IMG/VR virus record: IMGVR_UViG_3300027852_000038
Span: 12,016 to 76,015 of that record
DNA length: 64,000 bases
Direction: 5' to 3' (one strand)
From: a virus
The position numbers and the translations under genes are program-made. The notes below the pieces were generated by a model that had not been told where the DNA came from, ran no database searches, and saw nothing but the letters and a program-made list of their open reading frames with translations. Below are positions 48,807 through 58,253 of this stretch, in pieces (position 1 is the stretch's first letter; each line of letters starts with the position of its first letter).

Positions 48807-49730
48807 TCAAAATTCAAGTAGTTGTGTATTGTATATATGCTTTATATACGTTATTACGGGCTCTGGTGCTTTCATTTTTGTTAAAACTTCCCTCATTGAT
48901 TCCCTTTTAACTTTTGATTCTTCCAGAGTTGTCAAAAAATCGGTTATATTTGATATGAACACCTCAAGGCCTAGATCTTTCTTCGTGGGCTCTTTAATAA
49001 ATACCTCACTGTATGGCCGATGCTCAATGGAGATTATTTCTTGAGACTTTACACCATTGTCACACTCAAGCAGTAAAAACTTTGGGACCCTCTTAAGATT
49101 AAATTCATGAGATGAACCCCTGGAAATTGCCCCAATTCGATACAGATTAGTATTGTTTATTTGTTCGGTAGCCTGCTCTGAATGCTCGTGACCTAGATAA
49201 ACAATTTTATAATTCAGCTTTTTGATATATTCCTTGGTCAAACTGAATGACCTATCATGCGGATAGTCATAAAAATAATGACCGATCAGGACTTTGTCAT
49301 TGGTGGTATCAATAGGCACGTCAAGATCTTTAACTTTTGATACAGTAGGCATTCCAATAAAAGTAGTATTTCCAAAACGTTCTTTTGTCAAACTCTTAAC
49401 CACTCTAACAGACTCCATGAGGGCCAGGGCTGTTCGGTTATAGTTAGCATCATAATTGGAATACGGAATATCATGGTTTCCGGGAATTGTATAAATCTGG
49501 GTTCCTATCTTTTCCTGGATCCGGCGAAACGCCGTTGCAATAACGTTTAAAAGGTAACAAGATACCGTCGGCGTGTGAAAAATATCACCGGCTATAATGA
49601 GGACATCAACCTTTTTACATACAAAAAGTATTTTACGGAGAATGTCCAAATTATAAGACTCAGTTCTGGAACGTGGAACACTTCCGGAAAAATGAGGATC
49701 CTGGATAAGTCCAACTTTTGTTATACTCAT
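48807..49730 (-). CDS. sbcD: SbcD/Mre11-like metallophosphoesterase nuclease
   Basis: DPH, GDIFH, GNHD, GHEH motifs. Confidence 0.9.
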   Translation of the reverse strand: MSITKVGLIQDPHFSGSVPRSRTESYNLDILRKILFVCKKVDVLIIAGDIFHTPTVSCYLLNVIATAFRRIQEKIGTQIYTIPGNHDIPYSNYDANYNRTALALMESVRVVKSLTKERFGNTTFIGMPTVSKVKDLDVPIDTTNDKVLIGHYFYDYPHDRSFSLTKEYIKKLNYKIVYLGHEHSEQATEQINNTNLYRIGAISRGSSHEFNLKRVPKFLLLECDNGVKSQEIISIEHRPYSEVFIKEPTKKDLGLEVFISNITDFLTTLEESKVKRESMREVLTKMKAPEPVITYIKHIYNTQLLEF

Positions 49731-50449
49731 TGCTGGTTTCCCTTCTCAAAGACAAGCTGTCCATTGACAATTTTATATGTTTTGTTCGCATACTCACTGA
49801 ACCTTGGATCATGTGACACCATTATAACATGAAAGTTTTTAGATTTACAGTATTCCTGCATGAACACAAAGAACCGTTTTACATACTCCTCCGATAAATA
49901 AGAATACGCTTCATCGATAAATATTGAATCAATGCCAAGATTCTCTAAATAAATCACGGAAACAATAAAAGAAATAACAGTCTTGATTCCTTTACCGGAT
50001 GATCTTTTAATGTTCATCCATTGTGGATCTGAATCAGAATGGTTCATAATTTCAATAACAAGTGACTTACCTCGTGAATCTGACATGAGCAGACGTGCTG
50101 TTATGCGGTGATTCCAAAATATGAACGCAAGTGCTGAATTTATCGTATCAGACACCTTCCCGATTGACTCAGCATAGATTAGATCAACAGCTTTTTTATA
50201 AATATCTGATGACATATCCAAGAGCTTGATTGCATTAGGAATCTTTGACAGAGTGCTTTCAAGCTCTACCTTACGGTGTTCAGACTCATCAAGAATACCC
50301 TTTGCCCGAATGAGTGAGTTCCGCATCAAGGTCAAATCAAACGTCGGTCTGGACTGCTTGTCTTGAAGACTGTTTTGACGTAGACGCCGGGCCGTGTTTT
50401 TAATTTTTTGTATTTGATTGTCGGCTATCTGATTAGATCTATTATCCAT
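49727..50449 (-). CDS. sbcC: SbcC/Rad50-like ATPase, C-terminal half
   Basis: Signature SSGKG, Walker B IFIDE, H-loop VSHD. Confidence 0.85.
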   Translation of the reverse strand: MDNRSNQIADNQIQKIKNTARRLRQNSLQDKQSRPTFDLTLMRNSLIRAKGILDESEHRKVELESTLSKIPNAIKLLDMSSDIYKKAVDLIYAESIGKVSDTINSALAFIFWNHRITARLLMSDSRGKSLVIEIMNHSDSDPQWMNIKRSSGKGIKTVISFIVSVIYLENLGIDSIFIDEAYSYLSEEYVKRFFVFMQEYCKSKNFHVIMVSHDPRFSEYANKTYKIVNGQLVFEKGNQQ

Positions 50450-50712
50450 TATTTCTCCAGTTCATTAACGAGCGGTCCAACAGTCTCCACGAATGATTGG
50501 ACTGCAATTGCAGACTCATCTAACGCTTTTTTCAAACTGTCAAACTGAGTCCTAAACTCCCCCATTGACGTGACAGCGTGCTTGGTGAATATTGCCGTCA
50601 AGCGGGCTGTCTTTTCCTTTTCTTGACCCTTTAACGTCTGAATTTTTGAACCCAATGCAGCAAGCTGTTTATTAAGCTCTTCAAACTTTTGAACATCATT
50701 ACCAGCGGTCAT
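50449..50712 (-). CDS. small coiled-coil protein
   Basis: Heptad pattern; GGAGGT RBS. Confidence 0.6.
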   Translation of the reverse strand: MTAGNDVQKFEELNKQLAALGSKIQTLKGQEKEKTARLTAIFTKHAVTSMGEFRTQFDSLKKALDESAIAVQSFVETVGPLVNELEK

Positions 50713-50748
50713 AGTGTTTTACCTCCCTTTATACAGTTAATTTGTGCT

Positions 50749-51050
50749 TGTCAGCTTTGACGTTAAAGCCGATGACATGACGTTGACTCGTGAAAGTCAA
50801 CTAACAGGTTCCATCCAAGAATCATCTACCGGCAACAAACATTAAAAGCTTTACTTGGTTTTTTTAAACTCCACGGTTTATCGCTTGATTGTATTTCAAG
50901 CCAAACATTGCCCAATTGTATTTTAAGCAAATTCGTGACAGTCTTTTATACGTAGATTCAAGGCAAACTTTCAAACAATCTCTACTCAAGGCAACTGCTT
51001 TATTATATTAAATATATACCCCTTGAGTCCTTCCCTTATACCTTGAATCT
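50749..51050. other. Highly structured intergenic region (nested inverted repeats, several hairpins); candidate ncRNA/leader or origin
   Basis: AGATTCAAGG 50954/CCTTGAATCT 51041 and ACTCAAGG 50984/CCTTGAGT 51021; hairpins at 50751-72, 50782-801, 50883-901, 50908-30. Confidence 0.5.
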
Positions 51051-51065
51051 TTTACCCTTTCCCTT

Positions 51066-52223
51066 TTACAGATCCATACCTTTTCCTAAACCTTTACAAT
51101 CTTGAAGATCACTTCCACACAACGGACATACTTTGTAACTTGATAATTCTATGCTTATCTCTTCTCTATGTTTCATGCACAAGTCTTTTTGCTTTTTTAA
51201 TTGATCGAGATCAATTTGTATTTTTTTAGCTTCTTTAAGACTTTTGTCGGTATCTTTAAACGATTCAATCGAATCGGTATCAAACTCTGGAATGTCAAAA
51301 CTTAATATCTTTTGCAATCTACTAACTTCTTTTAACAAAGATCCTGCCTGATTTAAATCTTTTTCAGAAGAAAACAGTAGATCATAATCTTTTACAGGTT
51401 CCGGTGGATCCTCTAATTCGGCAACCTTTGTCAAAAATACCTTGATTTGTTCAACCTCAATAAGCTCTTTTTCTAACTCTTCCAACTGGTCCAGGTCAAG
51501 AGGGTTTGGTATTTCTAATTTTTGCAACTGGGTCAAGATCTTTGACCAATTAGCAATGCCGCTGACAATCTCTTGATCCTCTTCAATGCTCTCAACGTTC
51601 TTTAAAACAACCTTATAATCATTATAAACCCGGTCTAATTCTAGAACTTGTGCTTCGAGGTCCACTTTTTTAAGGTCCTCAATTTTCTTGTTCAGTGTCT
51701 CCAGTTCTTCAGTTGCAACCCGTTCTTTAAATAACACCTCAGTTTTATCGTTTTTAATGGCCTTTAAGATAGAAGCAGTGTCAGCTACCCCCCACATACC
51801 TTCAAACATCAGGAAAAGCTCCGTTGCCGTCTTGGAATAAGGGAATAAAACAGAATCCTCACCAATCACGTTCGCAAGCTCATTACCTCCCAGTATCAAA
51901 GGTTTAAAATTGGGAGCTATGTCAGATAATTTTGACCGGCCCAGTTTCTTATCCACCACACCATTTATTTTATATGCCCCGGATGCTTTGACTCTACTCC
52001 ACTGTATTTTATTCTTTCCATGTTCGTAGAGAACATCGCAGCCTTTTGTCCCGTGCTTAATCATGCTAGCACCCCACCCAGGATTCAAATGTAAACATTC
52101 CCAAGCACGAATAACGGCAGTCTTGCCTGAATCGTTCGGTCCTGTAATAAGGGTGAAGCCTTCATCAAACTGAAAATCTGCTTTACCCAAAGCCTGAAAA
52201 TTTCTAACTGAGAATTTAATCAT
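51066..52223 (-). CDS. sbcC: SbcC/Rad50-like ATPase, N-terminal half ending in Zn hook
   Basis: VRNFQ, Walker A GPNDSGKT, coiled coil, terminal CPLCG; likely start MIKFS at 52223. Confidence 0.88.
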   Translation of the reverse strand: MIKFSVRNFQALGKADFQFDEGFTLITGPNDSGKTAVIRAWECLHLNPGWGASMIKHGTKGCDVLYEHGKNKIQWSRVKASGAYKINGVVDKKLGRSKLSDIAPNFKPLILGGNELANVIGEDSVLFPYSKTATELFLMFEGMWGVADTASILKAIKNDKTEVLFKERVATEELETLNKKIEDLKKVDLEAQVLELDRVYNDYKVVLKNVESIEEDQEIVSGIANWSKILTQLQKLEIPNPLDLDQLEELEKELIEVEQIKVFLTKVAELEDPPEPVKDYDLLFSSEKDLNQAGSLLKEVSRLQKILSFDIPEFDTDSIESFKDTDKSLKEAKKIQIDLDQLKKQKDLCMKHREEISIELSSYKVCPLCGSDLQDCKGLGKGMDL

Positions 52224-52375
52224 TATACTGCTCCCCTTCTTTTGATGTTCTTTATTCCCCTTCTTAACCAAATACGAAGATCAGGATTGAATTTTAACGC
52301 CTTAATTCCTATCCTCCCTGGTGTTTTATTATTTAAAGTTTTATTGTTTTTCTTTAATAGCAACGATATTTTCAT
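52223..52375 (-). CDS. possible small basic protein (50 aa), not in ORF track
   Basis: MKISLLLKK...RRGAV*; TAATG overlap with the SbcC start; weak RBS. Confidence 0.3.
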   Translation of the reverse strand: MKISLLLKKNNKTLNNKTPGRIGIKALKFNPDLRIWLRRGIKNIKRRGAV

Positions 52376-52390
52376 AAGATAAACACTCCA

Positions 52391-52555
52391 GTGCTAAATT
52401 GGCCCAAATGGTGAATTGGGAGAAACCCTGGTAGCAGGCCTTCACAGCATTTTACACTTTTTCATGTTTTTTATTTGCTTTCTTTTCATACACAATTGAT
52501 CTGTTGGGTTATTTATTTCTGGTGCCAAATTCTCCCAAATGGTGAATTGGGAGAA
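52391..52555. repeat. Two 34-bp imperfect direct repeats with internal palindrome
   Basis: 52391-52424 and 52522-52555, 3 mismatches; the second contains the TTCTCCCAA/TTGGGAGAA stem. Confidence 0.85.
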
Positions 52556-52572
52556 TCAATGGTGACGTGGGT

Positions 52573-52917
52573 TCACACATCTTGGGAACAAAAAGTTGAT
52601 TTTAATGCTTTGATTTTTCTGCTTTGTTCTTTATTTCTTGCTTCAATTGCCAGATATCTAAACGTTGGGTGAAAATAGACTTCTGGTTTTAATTTGTCCT
52701 TTTTCATATGTCCGAGCTCGCCACGTTTTACAGCAGCGTTTAAAGATTTCCGAACATCACGGGAAAGCTTATGGACAATGCGAAAACGCTCACTTCTTAC
52801 AAGCTGAACATTTGCCACTTCCGCAGTTATTTTTCCCTGCTGTAAATGATCGGATAATCTTTCTCTATTATTTTGATGACTCATTTCTGTTGCTCCCCGG
52901 CGGTCAAACTTAACCAC
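52573..52917 (-). CDS. hypothetical protein (about 100 aa)
   Basis: ORF overlapping the RecA 3' end; no motif recognised. Confidence 0.55.
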   Translation of the reverse strand: MVKFDRRGATEMSHQNNRERLSDHLQQGKITAEVANVQLVRSERFRIVHKLSRDVRKSLNAAVKRGELGHMKKDKLKPEVYFHPTFRYLAIEARNKEQSRKIKALKSTFCSQDV

Positions 52918-53861
52918 CCGTTATCCCTGGCAAAGTCTTTTAATTCTTGAAAATTGGATTTAACAAAGGCGTGAAGGTCTGGAGTCCTAAGCTTTTCTTG
53001 TCCTCCCTTATACGCTAACTTCCAATGACCGCCAGCACCACCAGTTATAGCCTCCCTTATTTTAAAAATCTCAATCAAAGTAAGAACATTACTGACCCCC
53101 AATCCATAAATGATCGGCATTTTATGTTTAATGAACGATCTTTCATTACGGTTCTTTTCATTCCACAGCCACGCCCAATTCCCGTATACCACTTCTTGAA
53201 CCCCGGCAACAGTATCTTCATTTCTTGAAATTCTAGGTCCATTTGCTAGACGAATACGGACATCCGGCATAAATCTCAAAGCCTGCCCCCCGGCTGAATC
53301 AGTGGTAACATGCATAAACCGACCCTTCCCAGACATTTTAGTTCTCATTTGATTAACCAGTGCTAGAATAGAACCGGCATCACGTAACTCAGGCTTCCAT
53401 TTTTTCAACAAGGAAGAGGTCTGCCGGGATTCCAAACCAATTTCAATTTCAGCAACGGCCTTTTCCCTCAACTTAGCTGGTAAAACTGAGGTGATTGAAT
53501 CAACCACGATAAAATCATACTTTTCTTCAAGTATTAACTTGACAAACAATTCGTCAATTTCATCAAAGGTTATTGGAGATGCTATATAGAAATCTGCACC
53601 TATAACATCGGAAGCCCCTTTGTATAAACCCATGTTTCCCAAAATGCGCTTTTTGACACCCCGCTCCACATCTAAAAATGCACACCGTAACCCACGGGAT
53701 AAAAGATTTCTTACTGTTGCAAGTAACAAGGTGCTCTTTCCAACACCTGACTCAGAAGAAAGCTCTACCAAATCGCCTTTTTCCAGGCCACCACCTAACA
53801 CAGTATCAAAAGCGACAATACCAGTTTCAACCAGGTCAATATCAATAAAACTTTTTACCAT
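52881..53861 (-). CDS. recA: RecA/UvsX-like recombinase
   Basis: TGIVAFDTVLGGG, ESGVGKST, LDVE, VVDSI, NQMR, GGQALRF. Confidence 0.92.
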   Translation of the reverse strand: MVKSFIDIDLVETGIVAFDTVLGGGLEKGDLVELSSESGVGKSTLLLATVRNLLSRGLRCAFLDVERGVKKRILGNMGLYKGASDVIGADFYIASPITFDEIDELFVKLILEEKYDFIVVDSITSVLPAKLREKAVAEIEIGLESRQTSSLLKKWKPELRDAGSILALVNQMRTKMSGKGRFMHVTTDSAGGQALRFMPDVRIRLANGPRISRNEDTVAGVQEVVYGNWAWLWNEKNRNERSFIKHKMPIIYGLGVSNVLTLIEIFKIREAITGGAGGHWKLAYKGGQEKLRTPDLHAFVKSNFQELKDFARDNGWLSLTAGEQQK

Positions 53862-54508
53862 TTTACATCCCTCATTTCTAAACTGGGTTCCCTTGGAATG
53901 AACAAAAACTTCCTTCTTATACGGTCATATTCTATTAAAACAAGCAAAACAAGAGCATCTGCTTCATGATCTGTAATTTTTCCTTTTAACCCGAACAGGT
54001 CCGTCATATATTTTACAATTTTCTTTTTATCTGATTTCCTTTGTTGAAGTAAAAACTGGGCACCCCTCCCATTAAAGAAAACCATACCCCCTACTTTACG
54101 GGAATAATGAGTAACCAGGACACCAATTAAAGCATATAAACCTGGAGCAAATTGACCTTGAACATAAGGTAACTCAATATAAATTGTGGTTTTAAAATCA
54201 GGCTTAAAATCTTGATCAATTTGTTCAATGATTTCCTTGCCATGACTAACCAATTCAGGAAAAGTTCTTTTGGTAGGCATAAAACTTTTAAATGTATAAC
54301 ACTTCGAATAGATCTTATTATTCAAAGTGTTATACATCGCCACCCCAAAAAACTTATACCCGGGATCAAAAGAAAGGAGCCTGGTAGGCTCCTCAATAGA
54401 TTGTTTAAATACCATTTTTTCAGCTTTCAATGGTTTAGTCCCCCAATAGATCCTCAATTTCAACCGACGAATCAAGTTCTCCTGTCTTGTCATTCTCTCC
54501 ACTTTCAA
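53855..54508 (-). CDS. RuvC-like Holliday junction resolvase
   Basis: LSFDPG, IYIELP, KSDKKK, DHEADAL. Confidence 0.8.
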   Translation of the reverse strand: MKVERMTRQENLIRRLKLRIYWGTKPLKAEKMVFKQSIEEPTRLLSFDPGYKFFGVAMYNTLNNKIYSKCYTFKSFMPTKRTFPELVSHGKEIIEQIDQDFKPDFKTTIYIELPYVQGQFAPGLYALIGVLVTHYSRKVGGMVFFNGRGAQFLLQQRKSDKKKIVKYMTDLFGLKGKITDHEADALVLLVLIEYDRIRRKFLFIPREPSLEMRDVKW

Positions 54509-55286
54509 CTGTTGCAGGTGTCCCGGCTGTATTGGGAAGTGTTAAAGCTGGTGACTCATCTGGTTTAACACCCTCCTGACAAACCAGTGGATCGGCGAGC
54601 TCTAGACCTTCAGCAAGAGAGCCGGGCAAATTTGCGGGCAATGGAAGAGCAGGAGCAGCAGCAGGAACCGCAGGAGCAGCAGCAGGAACCGCAGGAGCAG
54701 GAGCGGAAGCGGTTGATGGCTGATTTTGTAATGCCATAGCCTTCAACTCAAGATATTTTTGCGTTGTAACCGCACGAGCTACTGAGAGTTCAAGCAAGGC
54801 CCCAAAATCTGCATATAACTTTTTTACCTCCTCAATTAACACCTTATCTTGACGCCACTTGCAGGGACCGGTAATGATATCAAAGGCCAGATTTTGATAT
54901 TGTTCATTTGTGCATCTCACAAGCATATCTTTTTGGGTAAGATCGGAATTTAACTGATCTTTGACCATGAACTCCTCATAACCCTTGAGAGAAAGAGAAA
55001 GATATTTCACAAACACCGGTGTCCCATATTCCATGGATGTCAAACTTCCCTGGACCGAATATTCCAGAACCGGCACAATATATTTAATTGATGGTAACCC
55101 AAGATCCTGGCAGCACTGACCTTGAAAACAATAAATATGCCCCACTCCTGGCATATAATGCAATGGGGCTGCCTGGACACTTCTTGAAAGAACATTGAAA
55201 AAATAATTTACACCCATGGAAGCCTTGAATCTTTCAGCTGAAACCGCTTTCATCGTGCTTCCGAATACCAATTTTGTCAATGACAT
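54435..55286 (-). CDS. Single-stranded DNA-binding protein (T4 gp32-like)
   Basis: HY...HIYC...CC, KYIVPV, acidic C-terminal tail after an Ala/Pro linker; recombination cluster context. Confidence 0.6.
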   Translation of the reverse strand: MSLTKLVFGSTMKAVSAERFKASMGVNYFFNVLSRSVQAAPLHYMPGVGHIYCFQGQCCQDLGLPSIKYIVPVLEYSVQGSLTSMEYGTPVFVKYLSLSLKGYEEFMVKDQLNSDLTQKDMLVRCTNEQYQNLAFDIITGPCKWRQDKVLIEEVKKLYADFGALLELSVARAVTTQKYLELKAMALQNQPSTASAPAPAVPAAAPAVPAAAPALPLPANLPGSLAEGLELADPLVCQEGVKPDESPALTLPNTAGTPATVESGENDKTGELDSSVEIEDLLGD

Positions 55287-55300
55287 TTTTTCTCCTCCCC

Positions 55301-55897
55301 TTAAGCTATTTCTAAATCTCCTAGTAAATCCGCTAAAGTTTCTCCATCAGAATCTTCAACGGTTTCAGGTTCTTTGACTGGAGCGGGCTCAACAACTGGA
55401 GCGGGCTCAACAACTGGATCAGGTTCTTCAACAAGGTTATCAAATTTAAGAATCCCCGGGTCAAAGTCTGGTCCAGATTCTTCACCCGGTCCATTTTCCA
55501 CAGCAGGTTCTTCAACCAGTCCATTTTCCACAACTGGAGCAGGTTCCGGCTTGGTTTCTTCGGGTGGCGTAGACAAATCAGGTTTCGGACCCCCAGTAAA
55601 CATTAATGAAGCCAAAAGCGGAACACCGTCATTGATCGCCGCTTCGATCCGGGTAGAAGGATAAAACCTCGCCTTTTTTCTTCCTGACCGGCCGGAAACA
55701 ATATGACAAATACGCCCAATCCCACTCAATGACAGAGGTATTTCACGTGAAATATCAAACATAGTGTAAATAGTTATTTTTGCCAGTTCCCACGCCTTTT
55801 CCCTCGAAACAGTCATACCAGCCGCCTGCAAATTTGCCTTGAAACTTTCCACAAAGGCGTCTTTGGTCTGGATCGGCTTTCTTTTCTTTTCTTGCAT
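55301..55897 (-). CDS. HU/IHF-like DNA-binding protein with long acidic Pro/Glu tail
   Basis: TKDAFVES...SREKA...LSLSGIG...ARFYPS matches the HU pattern. Confidence 0.65.
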   Translation of the reverse strand: MQEKKRKPIQTKDAFVESFKANLQAAGMTVSREKAWELAKITIYTMFDISREIPLSLSGIGRICHIVSGRSGRKKARFYPSTRIEAAINDGVPLLASLMFTGGPKPDLSTPPEETKPEPAPVVENGLVEEPAVENGPGEESGPDFDPGILKFDNLVEEPDPVVEPAPVVEPAPVKEPETVEDSDGETLADLLGDLEIA

Positions 55898-55912
55898 AAA
55901 ACTTCCCCTTTT

Positions 55913-56275
55913 TTATGGATTGATTAAATTGACCAAATCTCTTAGGGCTCGAACCCTCTCACCTAAATTATATGACACTGACTTATACGTTATTTTCCAC
56001 TCTTCCAACTCGCCTAGATATTTTTTTGCTACTGAGCCTTTAGTGGTCCTGGAAGAAACCTCATTGGTAAACTCTGATAATTTCCGTTTAACCAACTGGG
56101 CCTGGACCAAAAATACAGAAATATCATAAAGCAAGGAAGATATTCTATCCAATTCTGCTGTAAACTCTTCCCGGGTAAAAGGCTTTGAAGGTTTTTTTAT
56201 TATTTCCGCATTCATCAACCCAAGATCACGTTCAAATCGTTTTAACACCACTGCAACATCATTAAAATCAACCAT
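55913..56275 (-). CDS. hypothetical helical protein (120 aa)
   Basis: ORF in operon; no motif recognised. Confidence 0.55.
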   Translation of the reverse strand: MVDFNDVAVVLKRFERDLGLMNAEIIKKPSKPFTREEFTAELDRISSLLYDISVFLVQAQLVKRKLSEFTNEVSSRTTKGSVAKKYLGELEEWKITYKSVSYNLGERVRALRDLVNLINP

Positions 56276-56903
56276 TGATAAACCCCTTTACTTTTTCCAA
56301 TAAAGCTCGCATCCACTCCCATGTATGAAAATTCCTGGCAACCATGCCAGGATGCAGGGCCGGAACTATTAAAATTTCTCTCTCATCAATACTTCCTTTA
56401 TACATTACCCCCAGAAAAACGGCCGGACTCGGATGGCTTCGGCCTAGAACCCCCTTAACAGCATCCAACCCCATCAAAATAACCACCTTTAAATTGGGTA
56501 ACATTCTTAAAGTCGTTCCGGTAAAATCTTTGCAGGCTTCCCGCTCAACCTCAAAAACCATTCTATCCCCGGGGGTGGAACAATGAACAATATGAGAAAT
56601 AAACACTTCATCCCTGGTCAATCTTAAAACCTCTAAATACTCATCAAATTGCCAACCCATCTTGCAGCCAGGATTGAAGAAATGACCATAAATTATATCA
56701 TCCTGACTTGGATTGCGGCCTATTAAAGCAACCTCTGATTCCAAATTTCCGTTGTGTATCAATGGATCTCTTAACCCTGTCGCAGCTAAATTACAACTCC
56801 AGCAACCTTGAATTAAGGCCAATGACGGGCTCTCAGGAAGAATTGGACCAATGTCAATGGGGTCACTATTTAACAAACTTTTAAACCTGGTGTCACTAAT
56901 CAT
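56268..56903 (-). CDS. Family 4 uracil-DNA glycosylase-like protein (divergent active site)
   Basis: CWSC..., IGRNP, HIVHC, EREAC, ILMGLDA, PALHPG. Confidence 0.8.
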   Translation of the reverse strand: MISDTRFKSLLNSDPIDIGPILPESPSLALIQGCWSCNLAATGLRDPLIHNGNLESEVALIGRNPSQDDIIYGHFFNPGCKMGWQFDEYLEVLRLTRDEVFISHIVHCSTPGDRMVFEVEREACKDFTGTTLRMLPNLKVVILMGLDAVKGVLGRSHPSPAVFLGVMYKGSIDEREILIVPALHPGMVARNFHTWEWMRALLEKVKGFING

Positions 56904-57637
56904 TTAACACCCTCCAGATGTTTCTCAATTCTTTCTTTTCCAATATCAAAATACTTTTTAACGTTTTCAATGCCTATAAAATCACGATTTGTATTTATAC
57001 AAGCAATGGCAGTAGAAAAACTTCCAGCGGCAAAATCCAAAACGGTTTCACCCTCTTTTGAATACGTCTTGATTAAATACTCCATCAACGCCACTGGTTT
57101 CTGTGTTGAATGAACTTTGCCTTTTTGAGAAGCGTTACTGATATTGATCAAACTTTTTGGATAATACATGTCATTCATTGCCGTTGACTTGGTGGGAATT
57201 ATTCCATAATTCTCACTTGTTGAATAACCACCCTTCTTCCGTAATTTACCCCTAACCATTTGAGGGTAATACCTAACTTTACCACTTGCGAACACACAAA
57301 CATCCTCGACTATTTGAAACGGTCTAATTTTAGCTAAAGCGAACCCTGCTGAGTTGTTTTTATTCCATTGCCAATTATGACGCCACATTTTCATATTGGA
57401 TGCCATGAGGATGGTGGTGAAGGGCTGAGCAGCGTTTAAAACTATCCCACAATTCGGTTTAACAATCCTCTTTAATTCCATCCACATAGGTTCAAGGGGG
57501 ATCATAGAATCCCAACTACAAGCAGTTTTTTCAAAGGGTGGGTCTGCCATCACCATATCAATTGACGCCGATTTAATTTGTTGCATTACCTCCAGACAAT
57601 CACCTTGGATAAGTTGCAATTTATTTCCCTCCGTCAC
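56900..57637 (-). CDS. N4C/N6A DNA methyltransferase (beta class)
   Basis: GDCLE, ADPPF, HSTQKPVALMEYLI, VLDFAAGS. Confidence 0.92.
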   Translation of the reverse strand: MTEGNKLQLIQGDCLEVMQQIKSASIDMVMADPPFEKTACSWDSMIPLEPMWMELKRIVKPNCGIVLNAAQPFTTILMASNMKMWRHNWQWNKNNSAGFALAKIRPFQIVEDVCVFASGKVRYYPQMVRGKLRKKGGYSTSENYGIIPTKSTAMNDMYYPKSLINISNASQKGKVHSTQKPVALMEYLIKTYSKEGETVLDFAAGSFSTAIACINTNRDFIGIENVKKYFDIGKERIEKHLEGVK

Positions 57638-58253
57638 TTGAACATTTTCTTAAAAACTCCATGAAAGCTATTTCTGATTTGTCCCCTTTGAAAAAACACA
57701 AAATAGCTTCTGAAAACCTCCCGTTATAACTTTTGTTCCTTCTTAATACGTTAGCATAACCCACAGAAATACCAACGTTATCTTCCACCAATGTTTTCAT
57801 TTGCATAGTCAACAAAGAAGAAAGAATTACCATATAATTCCTTTTTATACTGAGATAAATACGTACACTTTTAGAAAAGCCACCAAACAAACCCCGGTAT
57901 AAATCATAAATGCTTTTTAACTCCTCCACCTGGACTCTATCAAATTTTCTGTTTATCCAAGCGACTTTCACAACTTCATCAAAATCTTCGGACTCAATCA
58001 ATATTTTTCTATTGGTCGCTGATATTTTTATACCTTGTTGAATGTAAAAATCAAATAAACCTTCCCGGGAATCTAACGCCGTTCCACCACTGGACCGACA
58101 AATAAAACTACCCGGGGGAAGTCTACCCTCCCATTTATCCGAATAAATAATAGAGGGTTTTAAAATAAACGGAGGAATTGGATCCTTGAAAACCTCCAGC
58201 CCTGGAAAATAAACCCCCAACAAATAAAGATTCGCTCGTTTTAAAGAAATCAT
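57621..58253 (-). CDS. possible DNA pol III delta (HolA)-like subunit
   Basis: GIKIS and SIYDLYRGLF...VILSSL weakly resemble the HolA C-terminal region; adjacent to a HolB-like gene. Confidence 0.35.
   Translation of the reverse strand: MISLKRANLYLLGVYFPGLEVFKDPIPPFILKPSIIYSDKWEGRLPPGSFICRSSGGTALDSREGLFDFYIQQGIKISATNRKILIESEDFDEVVKVAWINRKFDRVQVEELKSIYDLYRGLFGGFSKSVRIYLSIKRNYMVILSSLLTMQMKTLVEDNVGISVGYANVLRRNKSYNGRFSEAILCFFKGDKSEIAFMEFLRKCSSDGGK

Noticed and set aside
52391-52555. Mini-CRISPR interpretation of the 34-bp repeats
   Set aside because: Only two imperfect copies, a 97-bp spacer far beyond CRISPR range, and no cas gene.
54640-55420. Short tandem repeats in SSB (21 bp) and HU (18 bp) genes
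   Set aside because: In-frame low-complexity Ala/Pro linker expansions with no independent DNA-level signal.
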